Shown: positions 34,969-48,600 of the stretch, piece after piece
Position numbering within the stretch: the first letter of the stretch is position 1
How the letters are laid out: the number at the start of each line of letters is the position of its first letter
Assembly: GCA_043228905.1 (NCBI GenBank)
Contig: JBHGNT010000016.1
Span: 14,508,001 to 14,572,000 of the forward strand
Length of the DNA stretch: 64,000 bases
Direction: 5' to 3'
Origin: Azolla caroliniana
Taxonomy: Eukaryota; Plantae; Polypodiophyta
Notes under the pieces: generated by a model
What the model saw: the letters and a program-made list of their open reading frames with translations, nothing else
The model's database searches: none
Told to the model about the DNA's origin: nothing
Position numbers and translations under genes: made by a program

Positions 34969-37900
34969 TGTTGAAAAACAGTGCTCGGCCACCACCAAGT
35001 AGTAGGATCGATTCACAGAAAACGGGAAATACAAAATGCACGAAGACACTAGAGAGAAGAGTACACAGGATGTTTTACGTGGAAAACCCTAAATGGGAAA
35101 AACCACGGGAGTCCTCCAACTCCAACTATCACTATACACAGAGATGTACAATGGTGAAGCTACAAGGCAACAACCTTGAGCTCACTGCCTTCGCCACAGG
35201 TTGCGGTAATACACAGAGGCGTCGACCTCTTCCTTTCTCTCTCTCTCTCTCGGCTGCTCTCACTTCGCTCTCTCGGCTGAAAACATAAAATGAGCAACAA
35301 CATTTAAACTGTTTGCCCTAAGTCATATTTATACACATATGACTTTCGGGCTATTTACAAATATAGCCTCAAGGGCTCTTGGCAAACATATTCACAAATA
35401 TGTCCCCGCATCCGGATCTCTCTCCGGGTACATTCGTCATCCGGCTCCGTAACCGGGGTCTTCAGCATCCGGCTCCGTAGCCGGGGTCTTCAGCATCCGG
35501 CTCCGGAATCGTAACCGTAACCGTAACCGTAACCGGGATTGCCGTCATTCATCTCCGGACATCCCATCCGGAGGGACCGAAAATCCCAACAAACTCCCCC
35601 TTCACTTCGGCATGGGATGTCTCTCCAATCCGATCCTCTTCCGGCATGCTTCCAGCTTGTTGGGTGTAAGTACCTTGGTCAGCATATCCGACCCGTTCTC
35701 GTCCGTGTGGATCTTCGTCAGCACGAACTCCTTGTCTTCTATCCTTTCCCGGATCCAGTGGTATCTACGCTGGATGTGTTTCGTCTGGGAATGGTAGGCC
35801 GCGTTCTTCGCAAGGTGGATGGCACTCTGACTATCGCAGTAGAGCCGGTACTCCTCCTGCCGGATACCGAGCTCTCTAATGAAGTCTTTCATCCATATTA
35901 TTTCCTTGCCGGCTTCAACAGCCGCCATGTACTCCGCCTCCGTGGTTGACAACGCAACCGTCTTCTGTAGCCTCGACTGCCACGAAACAGCTCCCCCTGC
36001 ATACGTCATCACATACCCGGATGTGGACCGGCTGGTATCTGCATCAGCCGACATATCCGAATCGGTAAAGCCGTCGAGTTCGGGCTTACCGGAGCCGAAT
36101 CGGAGGCATACGTTTGCCGTGCCCTTCAGGTATCGGAGTATCCACTTGACCGCGTTCCAGTGTTCTTTGCCGGGATTGCTCATGTACCGGCTCACCACTC
36201 CGACTGCATATCCTATGTCCGGTCTTGTACACACCATTGCGTACATCAAGCTTCCGACGGCAGAGGCATATGGTACTTTCATCATGTCCTCTTTCTCAGC
36301 CTTTGTCTTGGGGCTTTGCTTGCTGGACAGCTTGCAGTTTGCCGGGAGGGTTGATCCGACCGGTCTTGCTTCCGACATGTTGAACCGGTGAAGCACCTTT
36401 GTTACGTACTTCTCCTGTGACAGCCACAACTGCTTCTTCTTCCGGTCCCGGATGATGTGCATCCCTAGTATTTGCCTTGCCGGACCCAGGTCCTTCATTG
36501 AGAAGGTTCGGTGAAGAGCCTTCTTCAGCATCCGTATCTTGACCTGGTCCCGTCCGACGATCAACATGTCGTCCACGTATAGGAGGAGTATTAGAAGGTC
36601 TCCTCCGTCGAACTTCTTCACAAACACGCAGTGGTCGGACTGCGTTTTGTAGTACCCTTCATCGGTCATGAAGGAGTCAAACTTTCGGTACCACTGCCGG
36701 GGAGCCTGCTTCAAACCATAAAGGCTCTTCTTCAACCGGCATACCAAGTGCTCCTTCTCTTTCTTCTCGAATCCTTCCGGTTGCTGCATGTATATCTCTT
36801 CTTCGAGGTCACCGTGAAGGAATGTCGTCTTCACGTCCATCTGTTCTACCTCGAGGTCCATGCTTGCCGCTATGCTCAGCACCGTCCGGATAGAGGTCAT
36901 CTTCACTACCGGGGCAAATATCTCGTCGAAGTCGACGCCCTTCTTCTGCTGGAACCCCTTCACCACGATCCTGGCTTTGTATCTCGGGGGGTTTCCGGCA
37001 TCTCCCGGTTTCAGCTTGAACACCCACTTGTTACGGAGTGCCCGTTTTCCTTTCGGCAACTCCACAAGTTCATATGTGTGGTTCTCATGCAGGGAATCCA
37101 TCTCCTCCTGCATGGCACTTAACCACCTGCGGCTATGGGTGTCATGCTTTGCTTCTTCAAAGCTCTCCGGCTCCCCCTCGTCGGTTAGCAGCACGTGCTC
37201 TGGTTCCGGAAATCTCCGGGGAGCCCTTCTCTCTCTTAGAGGATATCTCCGTTCCGGAGCTTCGGTAACCGGCTCCTCCGTTTCCTCTTCATCCGAATCC
37301 ATTTCGGGATCGGGGCCGGTTCCGGTATCAGTTTCATCTTCCTCGGCCGGTTCTGTTTCTTCATTGTCTTCGGCCGGATCCTCGAGTGCTAACCGGTCCC
37401 TTGCTGGTCGGGACTGCTCCTCGTAGAGTTGATTCTCACCGGTCGACTTGGAGCTCTTCATCTTCTTCTCCGACTCCCAGTCGGCGAGTGTCTTGTCCTC
37501 CATGAAGATGATGTCTCGACTCCTGAATATCTTCTTGTCGACCGGGTCCCATACTCGGTAGCCAAACTCGTCGTCGCCGTAACCGAGGAATATGCATGGC
37601 CGGGTCTTTGGATCTAGCTTTCCTCTTTGGTCCTTTGCCACATGCACATATGCGAGACACCCGAACACCTTCAGATGCCGGTAGGACACTTCCTTACCGG
37701 TCCACACTCTCTGTGGCGTGTCTCCATCCAGGGGTACTGAGGGTGATCTATTTATCACATACGTCGCCGTCGACATTGCCTCAGCCCAAAATCCCTTGGG
37801 TAATTTCGCATGTGCTAGCATACTCCGGACCCTCTCCATTATGGTCCGGTTCATCCTCTCGGCCAGCCCGTTCAGTTCCGGCGTCTTCGGCACAGTAAAC

Positions 37901-40273
37901 TCGAGCCGGATTCCCTTCGAGCGACAGTACTCCGCGAACTGCCCCCGGTATTCCCCTCCGTTATCCGCTCGTATCGCTTTCAGCTTCTTGCCGGATTCTC
38001 TTTCCACTCTCGCGTGGAGTTCTTTGAAGACGGACAACACTTGGTCCTTTGTCTTCAACGGTGCCGTCCACAGCTTCCGGTTGTGATCATCAATGAATGT
38101 TACGAAGTACTGAGCTCCGCCATGTGACTTCGTTTCTACTTGACACACGTCAGTGTGCACCAACTCCAATGGTGCGCTACGTCTCGTCGGTGGCCTTGAG
38201 TGGAAGGAGGCTCGGTTCTGCTTACCGGCCAGGCAATCGGTGCACTTCTCCAGATGCACATACTTCACTAGAATAAGGTTGTCTTCTGCAAGCCTCTTCA
38301 TCCCCTTCTCGCTCATGTGGCACAGTCTCTTGTGCCACAGCACTCCTCCGGACATAGCCGGGAATTCATCAAGTACAGTGTGTTGACCTTCCGGGCCCGA
38401 GCCACTATCAGGCTCCCTTTGCTGAACTTCATGACACCGTTCCAGATGCTACCCGTGTAGCCTTCATCGTCTAGCCTCCCGGCCGAAATCAGGTTCAATC
38501 GAACCTCCGGAACGTGTCGAACATCCTTCAGCAGCATCTTGCATCCGGTTGATGTCATCAGCCACACGTCTCCTATGCCGGCAATCCGGCATGTACCTTC
38601 ATTTCCCATCCGGACACAGCCGTGCTCACCGGCTAAGTAGGATGAGAAGTATTTCTTCTCCGGGGTCAGGTGGAACGACGCTCCGGAATCGACCACCCAG
38701 GTCATCTCTTCACCGGCAAGGTTCAGCTCCGTCTCTTCGGTAATGAGCATTATCTCTTCTTCACTTGCCGCGAGTGCCGTCGTTCCTTTCCGGTCCTGCC
38801 CTCGCCAATCCGGACCTCTCCGGTCCGTGGCTCCCCGGTATGCACCGTTTCTCTCCGGTGACTTCTTCGAATCGGTGTCGTCGGCTCCGTTGTCCTTTCG
38901 GTAATGCCGACAATTCTTCCGGAAGTGCCCCGGCTTCCCACAGTGGAAGCATGTGGGTCTTCCTCTTGACTGCGACCGGGTCCCCGACTTCTCCCGTCTT
39001 TGCGGACTCCGGTTCCATTGTCTTCCCCGATCCGATTCGGTAAGCAGCATCTTCGGATCGGAAACCGGTTCTTTATCTCTCCGACGCGCTTCTTCGTTCA
39101 AAATGCTTGTCTTTACCGTTTGTAGAGACAAGTTATCTTCGGTGCAGGAGGTGCTGAGAGTCACCACCAAGTTCTCCCAGCTTTCCGGCAATGTACACAT
39201 CAGAATGATGGCTTGCATTGCATCCTCCAACGGGAACTTGATCGCCGCAAGCTGGTTCACGAATCCCATGAACGTGCTCACGTGTTCCACCATATTCTCG
39301 CCGTCCCGGTACTTGAGGTTCACTATCTTCCTCATCAGGGAGGTCCGGTTCAACGCATTCTTCCTCTCGTAGAGCCCCGACAGCTTCTTCCACATCTCAT
39401 ATGCATTGGTGTCATTCGCCACATGTTGTAGAACGCTTACATCGACATATTGCCGGATCGTCGCTACGGCTTTCCGGTTCAGGAGCTTCCACTCCGACTC
39501 TATTACCCCCTTGGGTGTCTCGGCATTGTCGATCGGTTCATACAGGTCTCAGACGATGAGAAGGTCTTCCATCTTTATCTTCCAGTCGGCGTAGTTATGT
39601 GAGTTCAACACCATCATGCCCGGAGGCCCACTACCGCCGCCTTCCATTTTCTGTGTTAACCGTGCTCTGATACCAATTTGTTGAAAAACAGTGCTCGGCC
39701 ACCACCAAGTAGTAGGATCGATTCATAGAAAACGGGAAATACAAAATGCACGAAGACACTAGAGAGAAGAGTACACAGGATGTTTTACGTGGAAAACCCT
39801 AAATGGGAAAAACCACGGGAGTCCTCCAACTCCAACTATCACTATACACAGAGATGTACAATGGTGAAGCTACAAGGCAACAACCTTGAGCTCACTGCCT
39901 TCGCCACAGGTTGCGGTAATACACAGAGGCGTCGACCTCTTCCTTTCTCTCTCTCTCTCTCGGCTGCTCTCACTTCGCTCTCTTGGCTGAAAACATAAAA
40001 TGAGCAACAACATTTAAACTGTTTGCCCTAAGTCATATTTATACACATATGACTTTCAGGCTATTTACAAATATAGCCTCAAGGGCTCTTGGCAAACATA
40101 TTCACAAATATGTCCCCACATCCGGATCTCTCTCCGGGTACATTCGTCATCCGGCTCCGTAACCGGGGTCTTCAGCATCCGGCTCCGGAATCGTAACCGT
40201 AACCGTAACCGTAACCGGGATTGCCGTCATTCATCTCCGGACATCCCATCCGGAGGGACCGAAAATCCCAACA
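34969..40273 (-). mobile_element. Full-length copia element C (close relative of A)
   Basis: LTRs 34969-35591 and 39679-40273 (differ by one ~28-bp unit and a few SNPs); TSD TATAT; PBS 39663-39675; PPT. Confidence 0.96.
35602..39647 (-). pseudogene. Gag-pol of element C with a premature stop and a frameshift
   Basis: CGA>TGA at ~39550 and a ~28-bp deletion at ~38341 relative to A; otherwise very similar to the A protein. Confidence 0.92.
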
Positions 40274-41261
40274 TATATGACACGAGTGGTGGAAGTGCAT
40301 GAGCCAGAGAGCTACGTAGAAGCGGTGAAAGACACTAATTGGCATACCGCGATGGAGGAAGAGATGCGCGCTTTAACGGACAATGAGACTTGGGACCTGG
40401 TTGACATACTGAAATGTGTAAAGCCAATTGGATGTAGATGGGTGTATAAGGTGAAATACAACACCGATGGCTCTATCACTCGATATAAGGCCCGGTTGGT
40501 TGCGAAAGGCTACGCACAGAAGCACGTCGTCGATTACGACGAGACCTTCGCGCCTATCACGAAGATGACCACTGTGCAAGTTCTGCTAGCCGTAGTTGCG
40601 TCGAAGGGGTGGCATCTACATGAGATGGATGTAAAGAATGTGTTCCTACAAGGTGATCTTGAGGAACAGGTGTACATGGTACAACCCCCTGGATTTCTAT
40701 CCGAACAGAACACTTCGGCAGTTTGCCGATTGAAGAGGGCGCTATATAGCCTTAAGCAAGCCCCGCGAGCTTGGAACACAAAGATTCCGCAACTGTTGCG
40801 TAGAATGGGGTTTACAACGTCCAAATTGAACTCCTCGTTGTTCGTTCAGCAAGGTTGACATGGACCAGTTTGTCTTTTGCGTTACGTTGATGATTTAGTC
40901 ATCGCCGGTGCCGACCTAGAAGAAATTGGCCACGTAAAGTCTCAGCTTGCGGCATCATTCGAAATGAAGGATCTTGGCGACCTTCATTACTTCCTCGGGA
41001 TCGAAGTGATCCGTTCCCCCGAAGGCATATTGATCAGTCAACGTTATTACGCACTAAATATGCTCTTCAAGTTCGGGATGGCTGATTGTAAGCCCATCTT
41101 GACCCCTCTGGATAGAAACGTAAAGCTTCATAGCTACCCGGACCGATCCGGAGAAGCTAACCGCACCGTAACACGAGCCTCCCTTCTTCCTTTCCGACTC
41201 CTTGGTCCGAGACTCCCGCGGTCCCACCCTCTCTAACACGTGCAGATGGAATATCGCAACA

Positions 41262-41930
41262 CCGCGGACCTTGTTCAACTTGCAATCTATGCTTATGGTT
41301 GAAAACAATCACGTCGGTGCGTCAAGAAGCATGCACTCTTATAGCTAGATGTTGTACACGGAGGCGGATAGGCCTCGTAGTCGTGGAGAATGTGGAGGAT
41401 CGACATGCAATGGTGGCGGTTAACAATAGCAGAATCAGAGGCACAGAGGAAGTGCCAACAACAGTGGACCCTCAAGAAGTAGGGGGAGTCAATGTGGTGC
41501 CTAAGGCCGGAAAAACAAAGACACTGATTGTTGGTACTGTGGTTGGAAGGGTCATAGGGAAAGCGAGTGCTGGAAAAAGAAAGATGATTCCGACAAAGTC
41601 GAATCAGGTAGAGCCGAACAGAGAAATCGGCAATGATCGCACTACGTCAAAGGCTCAAATGGAGCCAGAACGGGTCCAACCTTTGTAATGAAGCACAAGG
41701 CCAATTCGATGAAGATGAGCACCTCGAAGCTGAATGAGGTGTGGTAAGTGGATTCCGACACATCCAATCACATGACGAACCATGAAGAGTAGTTCTCATA
41801 TCTTAAAAAACCGTTGAAGACACCCCTCATCCCATCCAGCACATTGGAGACGTCCCCTTGAGCCATGTCAGCCAAAAAGGGTGGTTGAGGAACATCTTGC
41901 ATGTCTCGACAATCACCAAATACCTTGTGT
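41262..41930 (+). pseudogene. Family-D copia gag-end/protease fragment
   Basis: LFNLQSMLMVENNH, CWYCGWKGHRESEC knuckle, VDSDTSNHM. Confidence 0.75.
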
Positions 41931-42441
41931 CGGATATCCTAAATGTTAATCCTTAGGTCCGGACAACAGCCTAACACAGGGTGTCCACTTAAGACACTTC
42001 ACCAAAGGGTGTTACGACGAGGTAACTTACGACACAACACTTAATTGGACCTTAATCGGTTACTTAGAAATACATCATTAACACGCGTAAGATATACAAT
42101 AAGCACAGAACGGTGAACAATACTCAATGATTAAACAAAAGGTTTATATTACTCTCCGTTCATGACTACATTATAACCGGGCCTTTATATAGATCACCGG
42201 TGCGAAGTACAAAACGGTGCCAACCGGTACCTTTTCGGGATCGGTCCGGATCCGGATTGGCATACCGATATTGGTCCGTCCGTCCACATCTTCTCATATA
42301 TTAATCTATATGTTAAGACTAGTAATTTCAACAGATTCCTAAATAACAATTCCCCTTTTCACACCCTAGTCTTTGCCGGTCGGGTAACACATGGCACGCC
42401 CGTGGGACAGTACCTTGTATGTCGAATCCCACACCGGCCCC

Positions 42442-45400
42442 TTACTCTTCGTTCAAGATATCCAGGATGCTTTGCTCCAGGGTCTCCAGTGGTTCTACGG
42501 GAATCTGTTGTGGCTGTTGTTGTTGCTGATGTTGCTGCTGCGGCTGCTCCGATTGTGGTTGGGGTTGCTTCTCCGTTTGTGGCTCCGACTCTGGTTGCGG
42601 CTCCGATGGTTGCTCTGGCACCGGCGTTTCCTTCATTGTTTCCTTCATCGGAGTTGTCTCTGGTTGACTTACCACGGCCTGGTCTCCGTCTGGTTCTTGT
42701 ACCGGCGACGGTTCCTCATCACTGAGGTTGACCGTTGCCGCTTGCCTTGCTTTTTCTTCCCTAAGCCGGGACCGCTCATAGCTCGTAAACTGGATTTGAG
42801 CATCCATCCGATCGTCGTCCAGTTGAGCTATGAGTTGTCGGACCTGCACCAATTGCTCATCCGCCAGAGTTGTGAAATCTTCTGCTAGCTCATCCTTTAT
42901 GGCGGTGAAGTCCTCCGATGTGAGCATGTAACAGTCGTCACCTTCCTTCCGTCGGTTTTCAGCGTCCTCCCTGAGCAACTGGAGTTCAGCGTATTCTGCG
43001 CCCACTTCGTCCACCATCGCACAGAACTCTCGTCAATCAAGAGTTTGGTCTTGTTGAGCCATGTCTGGAGGATGCACTGGATCTGTTTGGTTCCCATCTG
43101 TGATTTGTTCTCTACGGCTTGTCGCTCCTCTTTCAATTGCTTGATGATTCTGACGTGTCTGCCTCCTGCTCCCTATAATGTGACAATTGACTTTGATAGG
43201 TTGTTTGCAACCTCTATAACACCATTGTCACCCTTTCCTTTTCTTCATGGTTCTGCTTGTGGAGCTCCATATGGTTCCTCGCTGCTTCCTCCAATAGCTT
43301 TGTATTCTCAGCCTGTTCGTCGGTGAGTGCCATTGTGGCCCTATCAACTTCCTCCCAGAGCTCGGCCATCCTTTCCTGTTGTTGCTTATACTCCGTGTCT
43401 AAGCTCTTAAAGTTCTGGTGTAGGTGATCGAAGTCCTCTGTCTTCTGCTTCAGCCTCTGGTTGATTTGCTGGCGAGCGCGGTCTTCCCGGTCCTTCTGTT
43501 GACGAAGTTCTTCTTTCAGCCTTTCGATTTCCGTTTCTGCCATCCGTCGCAATTTGTCCTTCTCCTGCAACAATTTTTCTTTTTCCTCCTTTAGCCGGTC
43601 GTAAGCTTGATGCCCTTTCCGCATATTTTCTTCTGCCCGGCGCAGGTTTTCAGCAGTCTTCTTTAACTCCTCTTCTGCCACTTTCTTCAATTCTCGTTCG
43701 CGGCTCCGTATTGCTTCTTGTGCGGCAAGTTCGTCCCTTAATTCGGCAAGCTCTTTCTCCGGGACAGTTTCTGTCTCCGAGGTCTTATTCGTATGTACAT
43801 CCACCGGAGTCACCGGTGCTTGGATCTATGTTGCGGTTAAAGCCATTTTGGCCATGTCTTCTGTGACCCGATCCAAGTCTTGTTCAAGGCATCGGATCCT
43901 TGACCGGGCCGTCTCTAGTTCATCGGTTGTGACCAGCAACCGTTCCATCTGCACTCGTTCTTCCGCCTCTACATACAGTATCACTCCGGCAACCTGCTCT
44001 CCTATCCACCGGAGCCATTGGTTGTCGGTACCCTGTTGTTGTGTCTGCACGGAGGGTTGGCTGATGGGTTCACTTGCCAGTGGCTGGTCCCGCCTAACTG
44101 CGTCGAGCTGCACTTCCTGCTCTACTTGCTGACCACTTTGTCATTCAGGTTCCGGTTGTGTTCCGGCTGGCTGCACTTGTTCTGCTTGTTCTTGGCCGGT
44201 TGAGGAAGGTGGCACCTACATTACCGGCGCTTGCCTTTCGGGGCTCGCCGTTCCCTGACCCGCCGATATTGCCTATTGTGCAGGAGCTTCTGAGACCAGT
44301 TCCACCCGAACTGGTTTTGGTTCCTTCCTTGGCGTGAGCTTCTCAGTGTGGGGTAAAGTTGTTCCATCCTTCTATGGGTCCGAATGCTTCCCGGCTGATT
44401 CTACAGTGCTCTTCACCGGCCGCCGTTGGAGGTGCTCCGTAGGTTCTTCCTCCATTTCCTCCTCCTGAATCCCGGGATTCATTCTTCTCGCCAGGGTGTC
44501 CGTTTCTTGCTGCACTAGTCGGTGGAGTGTGCTCTTCAGGGTCCGTGCCAGTGTCTCCTTGTGCATCTCCGTCAGCTGCTTCCGAATGGCGCACTCCTTC
44601 TCCGCCTGCTTCGTGTCGCCTGTCTTCCCCTTAATGGTCTTGGTGGCCAACAGCTACTGTCGTTTTGAAGCAGCTCTCGGGGTGCCGTCCAATACTCTTC
44701 CCCGCTTCTTGGTCTGGACGGGCTCGACCGGTGGCGCCAGTAGGGTGAGCCATTGCGCCACCGCATGCCATATTTTCCGGCCTTCTTTGGCTTCCTTACC
44801 TCTTACGGTGTCAATAGCCGCACATAATCCGTTGGCGATCAGCACCGGCCAATCCACCTTGACCCCGTCGTATGTTGCAATGATCAAGCCTACTCGGTTC
44901 TGAGGCATAACGGGGGGTCGAGGGTATACGTGGCCGAACTCATGGAGTACACGGGTAATTTCTCGGAATAACATATCTTCTCCGCCCTGTGTCCTGTAGC
45001 CCCTGCTGGCCAGAAAATACTCGCCGAAGTATTTGATGAGCCGTTCGGAGGTAGGGTTGTCAATAGTATAGATGCCCCCCTCCAGAAGGCATGTTAGTGC
45101 CCGGATCGCTTCCTCCGTGATCAGCTCGGTGTCAATGTCTTTGATGATCTTGTTGGCTTCTCTGTGTGGTGGTGCGTCCATGATTGTGAGGAACCCCTCC
45201 AATCCATGTTGTCGTAGCCATTTCTTGGCGGCTTCAGAGAGTGTTTGGCAGTCCATATCTGCGTCGAGGTCGGAAAGTGTTGGTGAGGGCTGTATATGGG
45301 GAAGCTCTGTGTGAGGAAGCTCTGTGTGAGGAAGCTCTGTGTGTGTTGGCTCTCTTCTGATGATCTTCAAGCGTCTGTGTGCATCTGTGCTCCTTGGTTC

Positions 45401-45535
45401 ACGAAAGAAGAAGGTTTCGATGCGGGGGGCGTTTTCTCTCTGCATCTTGGCGCCTTTTTCGAGCCTACGCATGTGCAGGTCGTGTACTATAATAGCATTA
45501 CGTGCCATGTGGCAGTGGTTTAATGCCCTATTCAT
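42442..45535 (-). pseudogene. Extra ~1000-codon sense ORF downstream of the integrase in element I (globular domain, long coiled coil, Q/P/E tail)
   Basis: ORFs 44654-45535, 44372-44650, 43826-44113 and 43214-43813 share one frame; after frameshifts it ends LEQSILDILNEE* ~50 bp before the LTR. Confidence 0.75.
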
Positions 45536-45675
45536 AGCCCCCTCGTACCTTTTCGAAGTGCCTCTTTACTCCTCGTTTGCATGGCCGTTCCCACCACTCC
45601 TTTGCATGATTTCTTTGATTCGTTTCGAATTTATTTATTTATTTATTTATTTTTTATTAATATAACGTTGTTGGG

Positions 45676-48600
45676 TTAATTTGTCTCCAGTCCTACCGGA
45701 TTCCTAACCGGAGCGTGCACCTTGCCGGCCTCTTGACGGTTTGCCGTCATTTTGTTCTCCTCCTTACCGGCTTTGTGGCTGCCGTTTTCAACCCAGGTTG
45801 TTGTATCAGTCGACTTGCCGGCATTTGCTTTGGTGTCGGCCTTTTGTTCGAAAGGGTTCTTGGGCATGGGTCCTTCGTACGGCTTTAGTTGAAACCCGTT
45901 GACCCACTTACCCAGAACCTTGCCGGCTAGTGTCCCTAACTGGTAGGATCCATTGAACTCGTGTGTGATCCAGTGCGGTCCGGTCCACCGAAACCGTAGT
46001 TTCCTCGACATTTTTCCCATCCGGGTCTGGAACACTACTACCGGCTTGCCGATTCCAAACATCTTTTCATTTCCTTTTTGGTGGCGATCCACAAACGCCT
46101 TTCTTCGCCGTTGCTCCAGTTCCAGGTGCATGATACTCGCTAGTTGGTGTTCTTCTAGTTCACACAAAGCTGCTAACCGAATTGCCTCCGATTCCTTCTC
46201 GTTTAACCGTTCCCTAATTTGAATCCGTAAGCTCGGGACCTGGAATTCTATCGGCATCACGGCCTCCAATCCGAATGCTAACCGGAACGGTGTTGTTCGG
46301 ATACTTGTTTTGTACACGGTTCGGTAAGCCCAAAGCGTGTTGTGCAGTTTCGTATCCCAGTCTGTCCGGTAATCGTTGACGATTTTCCGAAGGATATTCT
46401 GTATCGTTTTGTTCGTCGACTCGGCTAACCCGTTTGCTTGCGGATAGTATGGCGTGCTCCGTTTATGCACCACGGCATAGAACGACGTCAAGCTTTCCAC
46501 CACTTGGCCGAGGAAGTGCCCTCCTTGGTCACTTATTAGCTCGATCGGGCATCCATACCTGCACCAGATGTATTCATACAAGAATTTTGTCGTCGACGCC
46601 GCGGTGTTGTCGCGCAAGGCTTTGGCTTCTACCCATTTCGTGCAGTAATCCATTGCGACAATTACATAGCGGTTGCCGGTTCTCATCGCCGGTGGTTTGA
46701 ATGGACCCACAAAATCCAGCCCCCATTTCTGAAATGGTTCTAGCGGCAGTACCTGCTGGTGTGGCATCCTAGCTTGTTCGGTTGGCTGGCCCATTCGCTG
46801 ACATAGATCACATTCTTTAGCATACCGGACTGCGTCTTTCAATGTTGTCGGCCACCATAGGCCACTCTGCCATATCTTCCTTGTCGTAGCATCTCCGGCG
46901 TAATGGCCTCCGGCGATTCCGCAGTGTGCTTCTCGTAGTATTATATCCTTCTCGTCGTTGTGCACCGCCCGTCACCATATACCGTCCACGCCTTTGTGGT
47001 ATAGCGTGTCCCGTAATAAACAGAAGTGCCGGCTTTGTACCGCCAGGCGTTTCCTCTCGTCCCGGTTCATCTCGTTTGGAGGCAATCCGGTGCTCAAAAA
47101 TTGTTGCATATTCGTTAACCATTTATCTTCTTCTGCCACCGTTTCATCTGTTGCCGTTTCCGCGGTGACTCGAAATAGCTCAGCATCCGGAAACTCGTCC
47201 GGGACTCCGTCACCAGTCTCGTCGGAATCCAACCGGCTCAAATAGTCTGCTACTGCGTGTTGTATGCCAGGTCGGTGGAATATTTTGAACTCAAATTCCT
47301 GCAACAGTAACGTCCACCGTGCCAACTTACCAGTTAGTGACGCTTTGGAAACTAAATAGAGGAGTGTCGAATGATCTACGTGAAAGGAAAATTTCCTTCC
47401 CAACAAATAATATCTGAATTTTGTCACGTTGTAGATCATGCCCAAAGCTTCCCTTTCTGTGGTGGAATAATTTCGTTCGGCTTGCGTAATATACGGGCCG
47501 GTACCACCTTGGCTCCGTAAGTTGCATCAGCGCACTTCAGATTGCAATGTCGGACGCATCCACAAACATATGAAACTCCTTAGCCCAATCCGGGGGGTGC
47601 ACTACTGGCGCTTGCGACAATAGTACTTTGAGTGCCCGGTACGCCTTGTCTTCGATGTCCGTCCACTGGAACGGTGTTCTGTGTACCACAGCATGCAGTG
47701 GTGTAGCCAGGTATGCCAGATACTGGAGCATTCGGATATGCCACCGGATTTGGCCTAAGAAACGACTTAATGCTTTGGCCGTTGTTGGTGCCGGTGCCTC
47801 CAAGATTGCTTTTACTTTGTCCGGGTCCACGACAATTCCTTCCTTGCTCACAATGTGTCCTAATAGCACCCCGCTTGACACTCCGAATACACACTTTGCC
47901 GGATTCAAGCTTAGACGGTATGCCTGACATTTCTCTAAACACAGTCGGAGGTGCTGAAAGTGATCTCCGTCCCGACTATAGACGGTGAAGTCATCCAGAA
48001 ACACCTACATAAATGCCCGTATAAATTCTCCGAATATTTCCATGATGATCCTCTGGAACGTTGCCGGCGCCATTTTTAGTCCGAACATCATCACTACGAC
48101 AACAAACACTCCCCATTCGGTGATGAAAGCCGTTTTCTCCTGGTCATCGGGGTGCATCCGGATCTGGTTGTATCCGCTGAATCCGTCTGAGAAACTGTAT
48201 ACCTCATGGCCGGCGACTGCGTCCAAAACTCCATCCGTAAATGGGAGTGGGAATGCATCTGTTATCGTCGCCGCATTAAGTTTATGGTAGTCGACACAAA
48301 CTCTAATTTTGTCGTTTTTCTTTGGTACGACTACTATCGGGCTCAGCCATGTAGATTTCTTTACTAGGCGGATAAAGCCAACCCTCAGCAACTTGGCGAT
48401 TTCCTCCTTGACTTTGGCGGCGTAATTTGGATTCATCCGGTACTACCGCTGTGCTACCGGTTTGGCGTCTTTGCTCAAATGTATCTGATGCTGATATAGC
48501 TGAGGATCGAGCCCTCGCATATCCTCGTAAGACCAGGCAAACAGGTCCCGAAATTCCTTGAGAAGTGTAATCATCGTCGTTTTGTTCTCCGGAGTCATTT

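Larger units (their letters stand above)
32088..41130 (+). mobile_element. Family-D copia element H (5' LTR 32088-32518, PBS 32519-32531, decayed gag-pol), interrupted by element C and 3'-truncated
   Basis: TGTTGAGA...TTTCA|TGGTATCAGAGCG; gag ATG at 32622; IN; RT resumes at 40274 (AYMTRVVE). Confidence 0.88.
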
